64,000 bases of DNA from Myxococcota bacterium (GCA_041389425.1 JAWKRX010000003.1:6597-70596), one strand, 5' to 3'; positions 53,247 to 61,723 are shown, counted from the first letter of the stretch. Made by a program: numbers and translations. The notes: a model not told the origin generated them from the sequence alone.

Positions 53247-54657
53247 CGCGCCCTCCCGTCGCCGCGCGCGCTTCGGCTCGCGCCGCCGCGCCGTTCGGCG
53301 CTTCCGCGATCGGCCAGGCGACGGTCGCCGTCGTGCCCGTACCGGGCTCGGACTCGAATCGCAGCGTTCCGCCGAGGCGCTCGAGATGGAGATGGACGAC
53401 GAAGAGCCCGAGGCCCGTGCCGCGCCCCGGCGCACGCGTCGTGAAGAAGGGCTCCCCGACATGGCGCAGGGTCGCCTCGTCCATGCCGGTTCCGCGGTCG
53501 CGCACGCGCGTCACGAGCTGCTCGCCTTCGCGGCGGATCTCGACGTCGACGCTCGTGTCCGGGCGCGAAGCGTCGAGGGCATTGCGCAGGATCGGGCCGA
53601 CGACCTCGCAGAAATCGATCCGCGCGCCGGCGAAGGCTCCGGGCGCGAGCTGGACGGTGATCCGCACGCGCTCGCTCTCGCCGGCGTCGAGACCGTCGCG
53701 CAGGGCCGCCTCGAGCTCGGCCGCGGCGATCGGGAGCTCGGCTTCGGCGACCTCATGGGCGGCGCGCGCGCGCATGCGGTCGAGGATCGCGCGGCAGCGT
53801 TCGACCTCCGTGCGCAGGAGCTTGGCGTCTTCGGCGAGGCCGGAGGGCGGGGCGGCCGCATGCGCCGACTGCGCGCTGCGCTCGAGCTCCCGGGCGATCA
53901 CGGCGATCGTTCCGAGCGGCGAGCCGAGCTCGTGGGCGGCGCCGGCGGCGAGCGTCGTCAGCGAGGCGAGGCGGGCGTTGCGGGCGGCGACCTCGGTCAA
54001 ACGGCGCATCTCCTGCTCGCGCTCGCCGAGGGTCTCGATGATGCGGGTCATCACGAAGGTCATGACCGCGGCGACGACGACGACGGCGACCCACATGCCG
54101 AGGGCGTGGAGCCCGATCGACGAGCCGGGCAGCGCCGGCGCGTGCCAGAAATGCGCGGGTGTCGACCACGGAAAGACGAGCGCATAGAAGCCCGCGCAGG
54201 CGATCGCGACGGACCAGGTCGCCGCTCGGCTCCCCGTCATCGCCGCGAGCACGATCTGGATGATGTAGAGCGCGCTGAACGGGCTGTCGGGCCCGCCGCT
54301 CCAGGCGAGCAGGAGCGTGAAGAGGGCGGCGTCGAAGACGAGGATCGGGACCACGAGCCGCGCGGCCCGCGCCGGCGAGCGTGCGCGCAGCGCCATCCAG
54401 ATCCCGTTCGTCGCCGCGATCAGGGCCGGGACGAGCCAGAGCCGCTCGTAGGGCAGTGGCAGGGCGAGCCCGGCCCAGGCGATCGCGATCGCCCCGATCT
54501 GCCCCGCGGCGGACAGGAATCGCAGGGGCACCAGCCAGCGCAGCACGGCGTCGGCCCGCGACGGGACGGCCGCCGGCGGCGTCGGCGGCATCGGCGGCGT
54601 GGACGGCGAGGTCGGTCGAGGCGAAAGAGCGGCGTCGGGGACAGGGGACCGCTTCAT
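53236..54657 (-). CDS. regB: RegB/PrrB/ActS-family redox-sensing histidine kinase
   Basis: Six-TM N-terminal domain with GGPDSPF (the RegB GGxxNPF quinone-site region), H-box AAHELGSPLG and a C-terminal ATPase domain. It overlaps regA by 11 nt. The start is taken at MKRSPV. Confidence 0.88.
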   Translation of the reverse strand: MKRSPVPDAALSPRPTSPSTPPMPPTPPAAVPSRADAVLRWLVPLRFLSAAGQIGAIAIAWAGLALPLPYERLWLVPALIAATNGIWMALRARSPARAARLVVPILVFDAALFTLLLAWSGGPDSPFSALYIIQIVLAAMTGSRAATWSVAIACAGFYALVFPWSTPAHFWHAPALPGSSIGLHALGMWVAVVVVAAVMTFVMTRIIETLGEREQEMRRLTEVAARNARLASLTTLAAGAAHELGSPLGTIAVIARELERSAQSAHAAAPPSGLAEDAKLLRTEVERCRAILDRMRARAAHEVAEAELPIAAAELEAALRDGLDAGESERVRITVQLAPGAFAGARIDFCEVVGPILRNALDASRPDTSVDVEIRREGEQLVTRVRDRGTGMDEATLRHVGEPFFTTRAPGRGTGLGLFVVHLHLERLGGTLRFESEPGTGTTATVAWPIAEAPNGAAARAEARAATGGRDVA

Positions 54658-54725
54658 CGAGCGCAGGCTACTCGCCGGGCGGGAGCGCTGCAATTTCGAA
54701 GCGGAGCGCGGAGGCGCGCGCTGCT

Positions 54726-54740
54726 GCGTCAATTTGTCGC
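54726..54740. promoter_or_regulatory. RegA/RegR-box-like element (GCGTCAATTTGTCGC) in the regB-tlpA divergent intergenic region
   Basis: Matches 13 of 15 positions of my recollection of the RegR box GNGRCRTTNNGNCGC. A related TGCAATTTCGA lies at 54689-54699. Confidence 0.25.
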
Positions 54741-54815
54741 GGCCGATCGAGGCCGGGGCGGGGGAGTGCTAAGGCATCCGGGCCGCCGGTGCATCGACCG
54801 CTCCGGCCCTCCGGA

Positions 54816-55532
54816 ATGGATCCCGCCTTGCCCCCTCGCCGCGCCCACATCTCCCGGATTGCGTCCCGGATCGCCAGCCGGTCGTCGACCCGGCGCGATC
54901 GCCGCCGGCCCTTCGGCGCGGCGGTCGCCCGCGCGCTCGCGATCGCGGGGATCATGGCCTTCGCGGTCGCGGGGCTCGGCGCTGCGGCGCGGGCCGGATC
55001 GCTGGAGTCGATCCGAGCGGAATCGACGCAGGCGGAGGCGGGCCGGCGCGCCCCGGCATGCGTGCTCGCGGCCCTCGCGCCCGCGGCGGATGGATTCCTC
55101 GCGCCCCGCGAACGGGACTTTGCCGGGCGGGTCGTGCTGGTCGACTTCTGGGCCTCCTGGTGTCCGACCTGCGAGCGCGCCTTCCCTTTTCTCGATGCCC
55201 TCGCACGGGCGCTTGCGGGGCGGGGGCTCGAGGTCGTCGCCGTGAACCTCGACTCGGATCCGCGGGATGCGATCGAATTCCTGGCGGGGCGCGACGTCGG
55301 ATTCGAGGTCGTGCACGATCCCAGCGGCGATTGTCCCCGGGCCTTCGGTCTCGTCGGCATGCCGTCTGCGTACCTGATCGATGCGGACGGCCGCATCGTC
55401 GAGGTGACGCGCGGATTCCACAAGCGCGAGGCGCTCGCGCTCCGCGCGCGGATCGAGGCCCTGCTCGGCGAGGCGCCGGCCGGCGAAGGCGATCCCGCGC
55501 TCGCGCGCGTCGCGAGCCCGCCGCCGCCGTGA
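54816..55532 (+). CDS. TlpA/ResA-like periplasmic thiol:disulfide oxidoreductase
   Basis: VVLVDFWASWCPTC thioredoxin motif and an N-terminal signal-anchor (ALAIAGIMAFAVAGLGAAARA). The start at 54816 is tentative. Confidence 0.85.
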   Translation: MDPALPPRRAHISRIASRIASRSSTRRDRRRPFGAAVARALAIAGIMAFAVAGLGAAARAGSLESIRAESTQAEAGRRAPACVLAALAPAADGFLAPRERDFAGRVVLVDFWASWCPTCERAFPFLDALARALAGRGLEVVAVNLDSDPRDAIEFLAGRDVGFEVVHDPSGDCPRAFGLVGMPSAYLIDADGRIVEVTRGFHKREALALRARIEALLGEAPAGEGDPALARVASPPPP

Positions 55533-55798
55533 CGGGCGCGCGCGCGAGCGTGATCGCGGTTCGGCGAGGCGGTCTGCGCGGGCAGGTGTGCGTGCGCATC
55601 GTCGCGCTCGGACTCGTGCTCCTGCTCGGCGGCGCTTGTCGCACCGTCGAGCCCTGGGAGCGCGCGCAGCTCGCCGCCCCGCGCATGCAGCCCGAGCCCC
55701 ATCCCGCGCATGCCGCTTTCCTCGATCACGTTCGCCAGAGCCGCGAAGCCGCGACGACCGGCGACGGCTCGGGCGGAGGGGGCTGTGGTTGTTACTAG
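55529..55798 (+). CDS. DUF4266-type small lipoprotein
   Basis: Lipobox LLLGGAC, then VEPWERAQLA...M and the family-typical Gly/Cys C-terminus GGGGCGCY. The GTG overlaps the tlpA stop (GTGA at 55529-55532). Confidence 0.8.
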   Translation: MTGARASVIAVRRGGLRGQVCVRIVALGLVLLLGGACRTVEPWERAQLAAPRMQPEPHPAHAAFLDHVRQSREAATTGDGSGGGGCGCY

Positions 55799-58526
55799 AG
55801 CGCTGCGCGCCTGGCTGCGCAGCCTCGGCGCACCCCGGCCGCAGAAGCGGCGATCGCCGCGTTGGCGTTTGCGTTTGCGTTGGCGTTCGCGGGCGCGGGC
55901 GCCGGGCGGCGCCGAGCGTCCGGCGCCGAGCGCGAGCCTGCGTGCGCTGACGAGCGCCGCCCTCGCGCTGCCCGGGCTCGCCGCTTCGGTCCTGCCGCCG
56001 GCGACGGCCGGTGCCGAGCCGCGCGACGAGGTCCGGCTCCACTACGGCCGCTACGAAGAGGACGATCGAAAGCTCCCGGGCGTCACGAGCCGCTTCGATC
56101 CGATCGACGTCGACTACCTGAACGTCGGCGCGACGAGCTCGCTCCTCGACCGGCTCCATCTCTCGCTCGACTACTACCAGGACACCTGGTCGGGCGCGAC
56201 GCCGATCACGACCGCCCCGCGCTCGCTCTTCGGCAATCGCGCGAGCGCGCCCGACGGCGTCTCCGGCGCGACGCCCTTCATCGAGGGCGAGCTCTTCTTC
56301 GACGGCGATCTGCGCGTGCTCGAATCCGATCGCTTCGGGACGCTGAGCGGCCGCCGCGATCGTGGACCGGTGCACACGCTCTCTTCCGCCTCCCCCGAGA
56401 CGCGCAAGGAGGTGGATCTCGGCCTCGAATACGAGTGGGACGACGCGGCGCTCGGCGCCGTCGGCGGGGTCTCGATCGAGCCCGACTATCTCTCCGGCTT
56501 CGGCCGCCTCTCGGGCCGCATCGATTTCGACCAGAAGCGGACGACGCTCGAGCTCTCCGCCGGCTTCTCGCGCAGCGAGATCGACGCGCGCTTCGATCAC
56601 GACGCCGTTCCCTACATCGATTTCTCCGCCTACGACGGGGACGTCCGCAATCGCGCCTCCGGCTCGCCGGTCCTGCGCGAGAAGCGCTCGGACTGGACGC
56701 TCAGCGCGGGCTTGAGCCGGATCCTGCGCCCGAGCACCCGGCTCGAGACCTCGCTCCAGCTCCGGCGCAGTGAAGGCTTCCTCGCGAATCCCTACAAGGT
56801 CGTCCAGGTCGCCTTCATCGATCCGGAGCAGCAATTCCTCGCGCCGCCCGGCGGCTTCTACGGCGACGTCCATGCGCTGGTCGAGCGCCGGCCGGGCAAT
56901 CGGCACCAGCTGACGTGGTCGAGCCGGCTGCTGCAGGACTTCGCCGCGCTCGATGCGGCGGCGAGCCTGCGATACGTCCTGCACCACGACGATTGGGGCA
57001 TCGACGCCCACACGCTCGAGGCCCAGTGGCGCCAGCAGCTCGGAAAGACCTGGCTGGTGACGCCGCGCCTTCGTTATTTCACCCAGGGCGCCGCGGATTT
57101 CTACCGCCCGCTCGTGATCACGCAGCAGGCCCACCTGCGGATCGAGTCCGATCCCGACGGCAATCTGATCGGGTTGACGCCCTTCTCCCATGCACTCCTG
57201 CCGGGCGAGTACTCCGCCGACCATCGGCTCTCGGGATTCGGCGTGCTCTCCGGAGGCATCGTCGTCCAGAAGCGGATCGCCCGTGCGTTCGTCTTCGAGC
57301 TCGGATTCGAGTACGCGCGCCACGCGGGCAGCTGGCGCCTGGGCGGGGGCGGCGAGGGGGATTTCTCGAACTTCGACGCATGGATGCTCGACGCCGGGCT
57401 CAGGATCGACTTCGCGACGCTGGCGCTCGGCCGCTCCGCCGGTCGCGATTGGATCCTGGCCGACGGCGATGCCGCCGGAGCGGCGGCCTCTGCACCGGGC
57501 GCGGGCGGCGAGGCAGGGCACGGCGCGGGCCATGTCGGGCCGGGCGCGGCAGCGCATGCGATGGCCCATGCGCCGGCGGGCGTGATGTTCGCGCATGCGC
57601 TCCCGCAGGCCGGCGATTTCATGCTCGGCTACCGCACGATGTACATGCGCCGCGCCGGCGATTTCAAGCGGGGCTCGGGCGAGCCTTCGGATCCCGAGCT
57701 CGTCGCCAACGCCTGCGGTGCCGCGGGCTGCAGCGCGGTCGCCGACTCGATGTCGCATCAGATGCACATGCTCGATTTGATGTTCGCGCCGACGAGCTGG
57801 CTGACGCTGATGGCGATGCCGAGCTACATCGACAACGAAATGCGTCTGCGCGCGCCCACCGGCGCCGTCCCCGACGTCCACGGCAACCACGATCGCCACG
57901 CCACCGGCGGCTTCGGCGATACCCGCTTCGGTGCCCTGCTGCGCCTCTTCCATCGCGAGCGGCATCATCTCCAGCTCGGCCTCGTCACGAGCGCGCCGAG
58001 CGGCGATACGAGCGTGCGCTTCCGCCGCGACCACGGCATCGAACGCGGTTTTCTCCACTACGACATGCAGCTCGGCAGCGGCACCTGGGATTTCCTGCCG
58101 AGCCTCACCTATCTCGGCTCGAGCGGCCGCCTCCGCTTCGGCGCGCAGGCGACGGGGATCGTGCGGATGGAGGGCGAGGGGCCGACGGGCTACGCCCTCG
58201 GCGACGAGATCCAGGTCAGCGGTTGGGGCGGCTTCGCGCTCACCGACTGGCTCGCCGGGACTCTGCGCGGCATCTACACACGCCAGGGTCGCATCCACGG
58301 CCGCTTCGATCGGCCGAGCATCGTGCGGACGCCGGGCGACGTCCCCGCGAACGCCGGCGGCCGGCTCTTCGACCTCGGCATCGGGCTCGAGCTCCGCGTA
58401 CCGCGCGGCGCCTTCGAGGGGGTCGTGATCTCGGCCGAATGGCTCCAGCCGCTGGCCGAGGACTGGAACGGCTACCAGCTCGAGCGCACGGGCACCCTCG
58501 CGGCGAGCGTGGGGATGTCGTTCTGA
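55785..58526 (+). CDS. DUF3570-type outer-membrane barrel fused to a second barrel-like domain (913 aa)
   Basis: GTG after GGCGGAGGGGG. The N-terminal half (RLHYGRYEEDD ... LRIDF) resembles DUF3570. A Gly/Ala/His/Met linker follows, then a second domain ending in an OMP-like terminal ...VGMSF. It contains DTWSGAT at 56181-56201. Confidence 0.8.
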   Translation: MVVTRALRAWLRSLGAPRPQKRRSPRWRLRLRWRSRARAPGGAERPAPSASLRALTSAALALPGLAASVLPPATAGAEPRDEVRLHYGRYEEDDRKLPGVTSRFDPIDVDYLNVGATSSLLDRLHLSLDYYQDTWSGATPITTAPRSLFGNRASAPDGVSGATPFIEGELFFDGDLRVLESDRFGTLSGRRDRGPVHTLSSASPETRKEVDLGLEYEWDDAALGAVGGVSIEPDYLSGFGRLSGRIDFDQKRTTLELSAGFSRSEIDARFDHDAVPYIDFSAYDGDVRNRASGSPVLREKRSDWTLSAGLSRILRPSTRLETSLQLRRSEGFLANPYKVVQVAFIDPEQQFLAPPGGFYGDVHALVERRPGNRHQLTWSSRLLQDFAALDAAASLRYVLHHDDWGIDAHTLEAQWRQQLGKTWLVTPRLRYFTQGAADFYRPLVITQQAHLRIESDPDGNLIGLTPFSHALLPGEYSADHRLSGFGVLSGGIVVQKRIARAFVFELGFEYARHAGSWRLGGGGEGDFSNFDAWMLDAGLRIDFATLALGRSAGRDWILADGDAAGAAASAPGAGGEAGHGAGHVGPGAAAHAMAHAPAGVMFAHALPQAGDFMLGYRTMYMRRAGDFKRGSGEPSDPELVANACGAAGCSAVADSMSHQMHMLDLMFAPTSWLTLMAMPSYIDNEMRLRAPTGAVPDVHGNHDRHATGGFGDTRFGALLRLFHRERHHLQLGLVTSAPSGDTSVRFRRDHGIERGFLHYDMQLGSGTWDFLPSLTYLGSSGRLRFGAQATGIVRMEGEGPTGYALGDEIQVSGWGGFALTDWLAGTLRGIYTRQGRIHGRFDRPSIVRTPGDVPANAGGRLFDLGIGLELRVPRGAFEGVVISAEWLQPLAEDWNGYQLERTGTLAASVGMSF

Positions 58527-58558
58527 CGCGCGGAGGCACAGCCGCCGGCGGCCGGCGC

Positions 58559-59467
58559 GTGCGGCGCTTCCGCGCCATGGGCTCGCCCTGCGAGATCCAG
58601 ATCGAGCCGGGCGCCGCGCACGGGGCCGCGCAGGACGCGCGGGCCATCGACGCCGCGCTCGCGGCGGCGATCGCCGAGGTCGAGCGGCTCGAGGCCCGTT
58701 ATTCGCGCTATCGCGACACGAGCGACCTCGCGCAGATCAATCGCGTCGCGGCCCGGGGCGGGACGCTCGAGGTGGATCCGGAGACGGCGGGTCTGCTCGA
58801 TTACGCGGCGACCTGTCACGCAGAGAGCGACGGACTCTTCGACATCACCTCGGGCATCCTGCGCCGCGCATGGCGCTTCCAGGAAGGGCGTCTGCCGGCC
58901 GCGGAGGAGGTCGAGGCGCTGCTGGGCCGCGTCGGATGGCATCGGCTCGCATGGCGATCGCCGCGGCTCGAATTCGGGACGCCCGGCCTCGAGCTCGACT
59001 TCGGCGGCATCGTCAAGGAATACGCAGCGGATCGCGTCGCCGGCCTGCTCCAGGCGGCGGGCATGCGACACGCGCTCGTGAATCTCGGGGGCGACATCCG
59101 GGCCGCCGGCCCGCGCGCGGACGGCAGCGCCTGGCAGATCGGGATCCGGGACCCGCAGCGGGCGGGCGAGGTCCTGCGGCGCGTCGCTCTGCGCGAGGGC
59201 GCGCTCTCCACGAGCGGCGACTACGAGCGCTGCATCGAGATCGACGGCGTGCGCTACGGCCACGTGCTCGATCCCCGCACCGGCTGGCCCGTTCGCTTCA
59301 TGGCCTCCGCGAGCGTGCTCGCGCCGCTCTGCGTCGTCGCCGGCAGCGCCTCGACGATCGCACTCCTGCGCGCCGAGCAGGGCCCGGCCTGGCTCGAGGC
59401 CCTCGGCCTGCCCTGCCTCTGGGTCGACGTCGAGGGGCGGCTGGGCGGATCGCTCGCCGGCGCTTGA
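58559..59467 (+). CDS. apbE: FAD:protein FMN transferase ApbE
   Basis: FRAMGSPCEIQI, SDLAQINR, FDITSG, DFGGIVKEYA and STSGDYER motifs. The start could be GTG 58559 or ATG 58577. No signal peptide is visible with either. Confidence 0.88.
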   Translation: MRRFRAMGSPCEIQIEPGAAHGAAQDARAIDAALAAAIAEVERLEARYSRYRDTSDLAQINRVAARGGTLEVDPETAGLLDYAATCHAESDGLFDITSGILRRAWRFQEGRLPAAEEVEALLGRVGWHRLAWRSPRLEFGTPGLELDFGGIVKEYAADRVAGLLQAAGMRHALVNLGGDIRAAGPRADGSAWQIGIRDPQRAGEVLRRVALREGALSTSGDYERCIEIDGVRYGHVLDPRTGWPVRFMASASVLAPLCVVAGSASTIALLRAEQGPAWLEALGLPCLWVDVEGRLGGSLAGA

Positions 59468-59680
59468 AGGATTTCGTGCTCCGGATCTCGCGGGGAGGCG
59501 CGATGCGCACGACCTGCTGCGGTGTTGCCGTGCGGTGTCGGCTTCGCTGCCTGCTGCGGAATGCCGAGCCAATTCTTCCCTCGGCGATTGCTGACACAAG
59601 CACGACTCGGTGGGCCACTCATTCCCAGACGCGAGCGGATCCCGATGCTTCGGGAGGCCGACTCCGCGCGGAGGTTCGCG

Positions 59681-60706
59681 ATGGCCATCTTCGGCGCTTG
59701 GACTCAGGACGTCGCGGTCGATCTCGGCTGTTCGGCGGTGCGTGTCTACGTCCGTGGCAAGGGTCTCCTCGCCGTCGAGCCGAATCTCGTGGCGGCGCGC
59801 AAGAGCGGGCCGAAATGCGGCGAGGTGCTGGCGGTCGGTGCGGAGGCGGCGCAGATGATCGGCCGGACGCCGCAGGAAGTCGCGGTGGTTCGCCCGGTGC
59901 GCGGCGGCGCGATCGCCGATCTCGATTGCATGGAGGCGATGCTTCGCCATCTCGCCTTCGAGACGGGCTTTCTCGGTGCGCTCCGCCGGCCCCGGCTCAC
60001 GGTGCCGGTGCCCCTCGATCTCTCGCCCGTCGAGCGCCGCGCGGTCCAGGAATGCGGCCGCCAGGTCGGTGCGCGGGAGGTCCGGATCCTGCCGAAGGTC
60101 GTCGCGGCGGCCATCGGCCTCGGCCTCTCCGAGGAGCGGCCGCAGGGGCGCTTCCTGCTCGACATCGGCGGCGGAACGACCGAGGCGGCCGTCGTCTCGC
60201 TCTCGGGCGTGGTGACCTCGCGAACGCTCCGGGTCGGCGGCTCGAGCCTGAACGACGCGCTGCAGGCGTACGTCCGCAAGAAGTTCAATCTCCTGATCGG
60301 CGACGAGACGGCGGAGCGTCTCAAGGTCGTGCTCGGCAGCGCCTATCCCTCGGACTCGATGCGCAGGCTCGAGGTGCGGGGGCGCGATCTGATCTCCGGT
60401 GTGCCGAAGGCGGTCGAGATCGGCTCGGAAGAGACGCGGGAGGCGCTCGAGGAGTCGGTCGCGGAGATCGTGGCCGTCGTGAGCGAGCTGCTCGAGCAGA
60501 CGCCGCCCGAGGTCGCGAGCGACATCTTCGCGGAGGGGCTGGTGCTGATCGGCGGCGGCTCGCTGCTGGGTCAGCTCGATCTTCGCTTGCGTGAGGCGAC
60601 GGGCCTCGTCGCGGTGCGTGCGGACGACTGCACGAATGCCGTCGTGATGGGCGCGGGCAAGATCCTCGAAGATCCCGAGAGCTACGCCGGGCTGTTCCCG
60701 GCCTGA
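59681..60706 (+). CDS. Divergent MreB/actin-like ATPase (orphan; no mreCD follows)
   Basis: ATG after GCGGAGG. Actin-fold phosphate and adenosine motifs: VAVDLGCSAVRVY, LLDIGGGTTEAAVVSL, LIGGGSLL. 341 aa. Confidence 0.85.
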   Translation: MAIFGAWTQDVAVDLGCSAVRVYVRGKGLLAVEPNLVAARKSGPKCGEVLAVGAEAAQMIGRTPQEVAVVRPVRGGAIADLDCMEAMLRHLAFETGFLGALRRPRLTVPVPLDLSPVERRAVQECGRQVGAREVRILPKVVAAAIGLGLSEERPQGRFLLDIGGGTTEAAVVSLSGVVTSRTLRVGGSSLNDALQAYVRKKFNLLIGDETAERLKVVLGSAYPSDSMRRLEVRGRDLISGVPKAVEIGSEETREALEESVAEIVAVVSELLEQTPPEVASDIFAEGLVLIGGGSLLGQLDLRLREATGLVAVRADDCTNAVVMGAGKILEDPESYAGLFPA

Positions 60707-60885
60707 GGGCAGCGATCGGCCGCGTTCAGGCCGTGCAGCCCGAGCCGATCGGCGCCCTTTGCGGCTCGCCGCGGCCGGCTCGACTCGACTCGGTGCCGCC
60801 CTGAGTCGAGCGATCGCGGCCGGATTCGCGCACGAAGGCGGGCTCGCGGGTCGCGTTCGTCGGCTCGGCTTCGTATGCTCGCGCC

Positions 60886-61692
60886 ATGCTGCTTCAACTC
60901 TTCGAGGGCCTCCCTTTCTACGCGCTCTGGCCGGCGCTCGCGGCGATCGGTGTCGGCTGGTACCTGCTGATCTGCGGCGGGCTCTATCTCTTCCTCCACC
61001 GCTCCCGCTACGCCGAGACCGCGCGGCGCTGGAAGACGCAGATCCAGGCGACGCGCCCGGATCAGGTCCGCGGCGAGGTCCGCGACGGCGTGCTCTCGAT
61101 GTCGATGGTGATGGGGAGCATCGCGATCGCGTTCTGGTGCTCCTACAACGGCTACAACCGGCTCTACGCCTCGCCGACGGAGTACCCGCTCTGGTACATC
61201 CCGATCAGCATCTTCGGCGTCTTCGTCGTGATGGAGATCTTCGAATGGACCTTCCACTGGGCCTGCCATCGCAGCGACCTGCTCTGGAAGGTCCACAAGC
61301 ATCATCATCGTTATGCCAACCCGACGCCCTTCGGCGTGATGGCCGACGCGCCGATCGACATGTTCATCAAGTCCTCGCCGATCCTCTGGATCCCGTTCCT
61401 CTTCCCGATCTGGGACGTCGCCCTGATCGGGACCTTCGCGACGATGAACTTCCTCTACGGCACCTATCTGCACGCCGGCTTCGATCCGCCCTGGATGCCC
61501 TCGCCGCACAGCCGCCTGCTCGTCTCCGCCTGGCACCACAACGAGCACCACGCGGGCAGCCTCGACCACAACTACGGCTTCTTCACGGGCTTTCTCGACA
61601 TCCTGTTCGGGACGCGCTTGACTCCCGACGACAAGGCCGCCCGGCGTCCGGGCTATCGGTGCACCGAGTGCCGCGAGCCCGCGACCTCCTGA
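60886..61692 (+). CDS. Fatty-acid hydroxylase / sterol-desaturase-superfamily membrane di-iron enzyme
   Basis: His boxes HWACH, HKHHH and WHHNEHH in a 4-TM protein of 268 aa. Confidence 0.85.
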   Translation: MLLQLFEGLPFYALWPALAAIGVGWYLLICGGLYLFLHRSRYAETARRWKTQIQATRPDQVRGEVRDGVLSMSMVMGSIAIAFWCSYNGYNRLYASPTEYPLWYIPISIFGVFVVMEIFEWTFHWACHRSDLLWKVHKHHHRYANPTPFGVMADAPIDMFIKSSPILWIPFLFPIWDVALIGTFATMNFLYGTYLHAGFDPPWMPSPHSRLLVSAWHHNEHHAGSLDHNYGFFTGFLDILFGTRLTPDDKAARRPGYRCTECREPATS

Positions 61693-61723
61693 GCGCGCGG
61701 CCTCTCGACGCCTCGGGGGCCTG

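Noticed and set aside
55710-55784. Longer ATG start (55710) for the DUF3570 fusion protein, as given in the ORF track.
   Set aside because: It would overlap almost the entire DUF4266 gene in another frame. The GTG at 55785 has a strong GGCGGAGGGGG SD and overlaps the DUF4266 gene by only 14 nt.
54729-58298. 1189-aa minus-strand ORF antisense to the TlpA/DUF4266/DUF3570 genes. Similar long ORFs occur at 15487..18144, 36029..38671, 6943..9102, 19167..21311, 26298..28481 and 59522-upstream parts.
   Set aside because: Low-complexity, Arg-dominated translations with no motifs. Each lies opposite or out of frame to a gene with clear family signatures and better third-position GC bias.
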